The notes beneath the pieces were generated by a model that was given only the letters and a program-made list of their open reading frames with translations, was not told where the DNA came from and made no database searches. A DNA stretch of 63,745 bases, counting the filler, from Hausera hauseri (Eukaryota), in assembly GCA_046269625.1 (NCBI GenBank). It is 12 parts of 12 records of this genome, joined end to end, with 100 filler letters (N's around TTAATTAATTAA, not from the genome) between each part and the next. Parts side by side here need not be neighbours in the genome. Positions count along the whole stretch, not along the records: positions 59,676 to 63,745 come from JBJURY010781868.1; 11 more parts are not named here. One strand, 5' to 3'. The position numbers were made by a program, and so were the translations under genes. Below are positions 62,500 to 63,745 of the stretch, piece by piece (position 1 is the first letter of the stretch; each line of letters begins with the position of its first letter).

Positions 62500-63745
62500 A
62501 TATTGACCTATCTCCATTGGTTCATAGGCTGGTTGCTCTTGTCTTTGTCTGCCTAGTGTCAGTGTTACTCTTTTGTTAAAGTTTTCTTCATCAACCGCTA
62601 CTTGAACAGCATCTAGTATTGTTTTTGGTTCATCCTTCAAGATCTCGATTCGGATTCTTGTGATGCGCAACCCATCTGTATAAACTGGAACTAGGATTTT
62701 ACCCATTTCTTCCGTCGTTAAATTCTGTTCTGGATATGCGTCTTCAGCTATGTTCAATATTCTGTCCGCTATAGCTTGTGCTGATTCATCTGCCTGTTGC
62801 TTAATTTCACGTAAACTAGCTATAGATTGCTGGGAATCTGTGATTTCAGAGCATCCGTTGATTAAGATCTTTATAAACTCTTCCAACTGTTCTTCTGCGT
62901 GTGTTTGGAATCTTCTTCTTATAAAATCGTTTGCTAAATCATCAGACAACGTGTAGGAAAGTTCTTTTTTCTCTTCAGTTGTGGTTTTGACAAATTGGGC
63001 ATACTTATCTAACTGCATCAACCATGTCTTGAAATGTTTGGTATTCTTGCCGTTGAATGGTTGCACACATTTTCTTTTGATGTTTACTATTCAAGTCCAT
63101 CTTGGAGATTATGATTTCTATTTTGTCTAATGCTTTGCTCACTGTCCCCTCTTTCTTTGTGCTAAGTTTCTTTTCTTCTGTACTCGAATTTTGTTGTTGC
63201 AGCATTTCAATTCTACTGCACCTATCTTAATAAGCTATTTTCATTGCTGTATTCTTTGCCTATAGAGACTCGATGTGTGCTTGTGTAAGTGTAACTGCTT
63301 TTGCTTCTCCTTCTGCCATTTTCTTCTTCAACTGTGTTTTCTTTCGCTGTACTATTACTATATTTCAATATATTCTAACTTACAATACCAGTATCTCTTT
63401 CTACACATCTCTCCACTCTCAGATTTCGTTTCGCTTTCACTTAGTCGTGTGTTCTAGCACGGTCGTATCTCCTTTACGATTCAAGGACTGGTGCATGGCC
63501 ACCATTAAATAATAACGACGTTGTGTTGTTTATTGACTTGCTTTATCGAGCAGGTCTGATATTGACTTTACTTGTCTGTGTCACCGACACCTTGAATTAT
63601 TATTAAGATCTTGTTTTTTCATAACCAACTCGGCCGGACAACTCTAGGTTTATCACTTGCAGCACTGGACAACTAGTCCTATCTTTAAACAGTAAGATAC
63701 CGGTCTAACTCCACTATAACTACATGTTCACTCCCCGACAAGATC
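59676..63745 (-). mobile_element. Ty3/Gypsy element: gag, two CCHC knuckles, protease, RT, RNase H (decayed)
   Basis: QPFNGKNTKHFKTWL, PAYEPMEIG, CYNCGRLGHIERDC, CLIDTSAQVSII, HRFCVDYRALN, IKYLGFVIS, KTDHKPLK; possible PBS TGGTGGCC near 63500. Confidence 0.92.
62461..62495. repeat. (CT)n microsatellite inside gag
   Basis: Perfect TC dinucleotide run. Confidence 0.95.

Overview
Animal (invertebrate) DNA made of 12 short contigs joined by artificial ~100-nt spacers (N-run, TTAATTAATTAA, N-run), so adjacency across spacers is meaningless. The window is mostly decayed mobile DNA: several Ty3/Gypsy LTR retrotransposons, a NeSL-like non-LTR element with two Ulp1-like protease domains, an RTE LINE fragment, tRNA-headed SINEs, Tc1, mariner and piggyBac relics, and Polinton/Maverick pieces. 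Main points: (1) a Gypsy polyprotein with a chuvirus-type fusion glycoprotein in frame UPSTREAM of protease and RT; (2) same-strand chains of unrelated housekeeping-gene fragments (SCAPER-MCM7-TNPO1; TEP1/NWD-like WD40-SIKE-Brr2; SETDB1) lying next to one CsRN1-like Gypsy family; (3) these fragments look flatworm-like and CpG-normal, while ENTPD5/6 and EARS2 exons sit in CpG-poor, SINE-bearing DNA, suggesting two source genomes; (4) a 385-bp fold-back mini-Polinton with a 6-bp target duplication, plus a Polinton arm carrying a TRAF-type MATH domain; (5) large Gypsy elements with hairpin-ended LTRs and RING or DEDDh-exonuclease-like cargo. All homology calls are by eye from remembered motifs; no searches were run.
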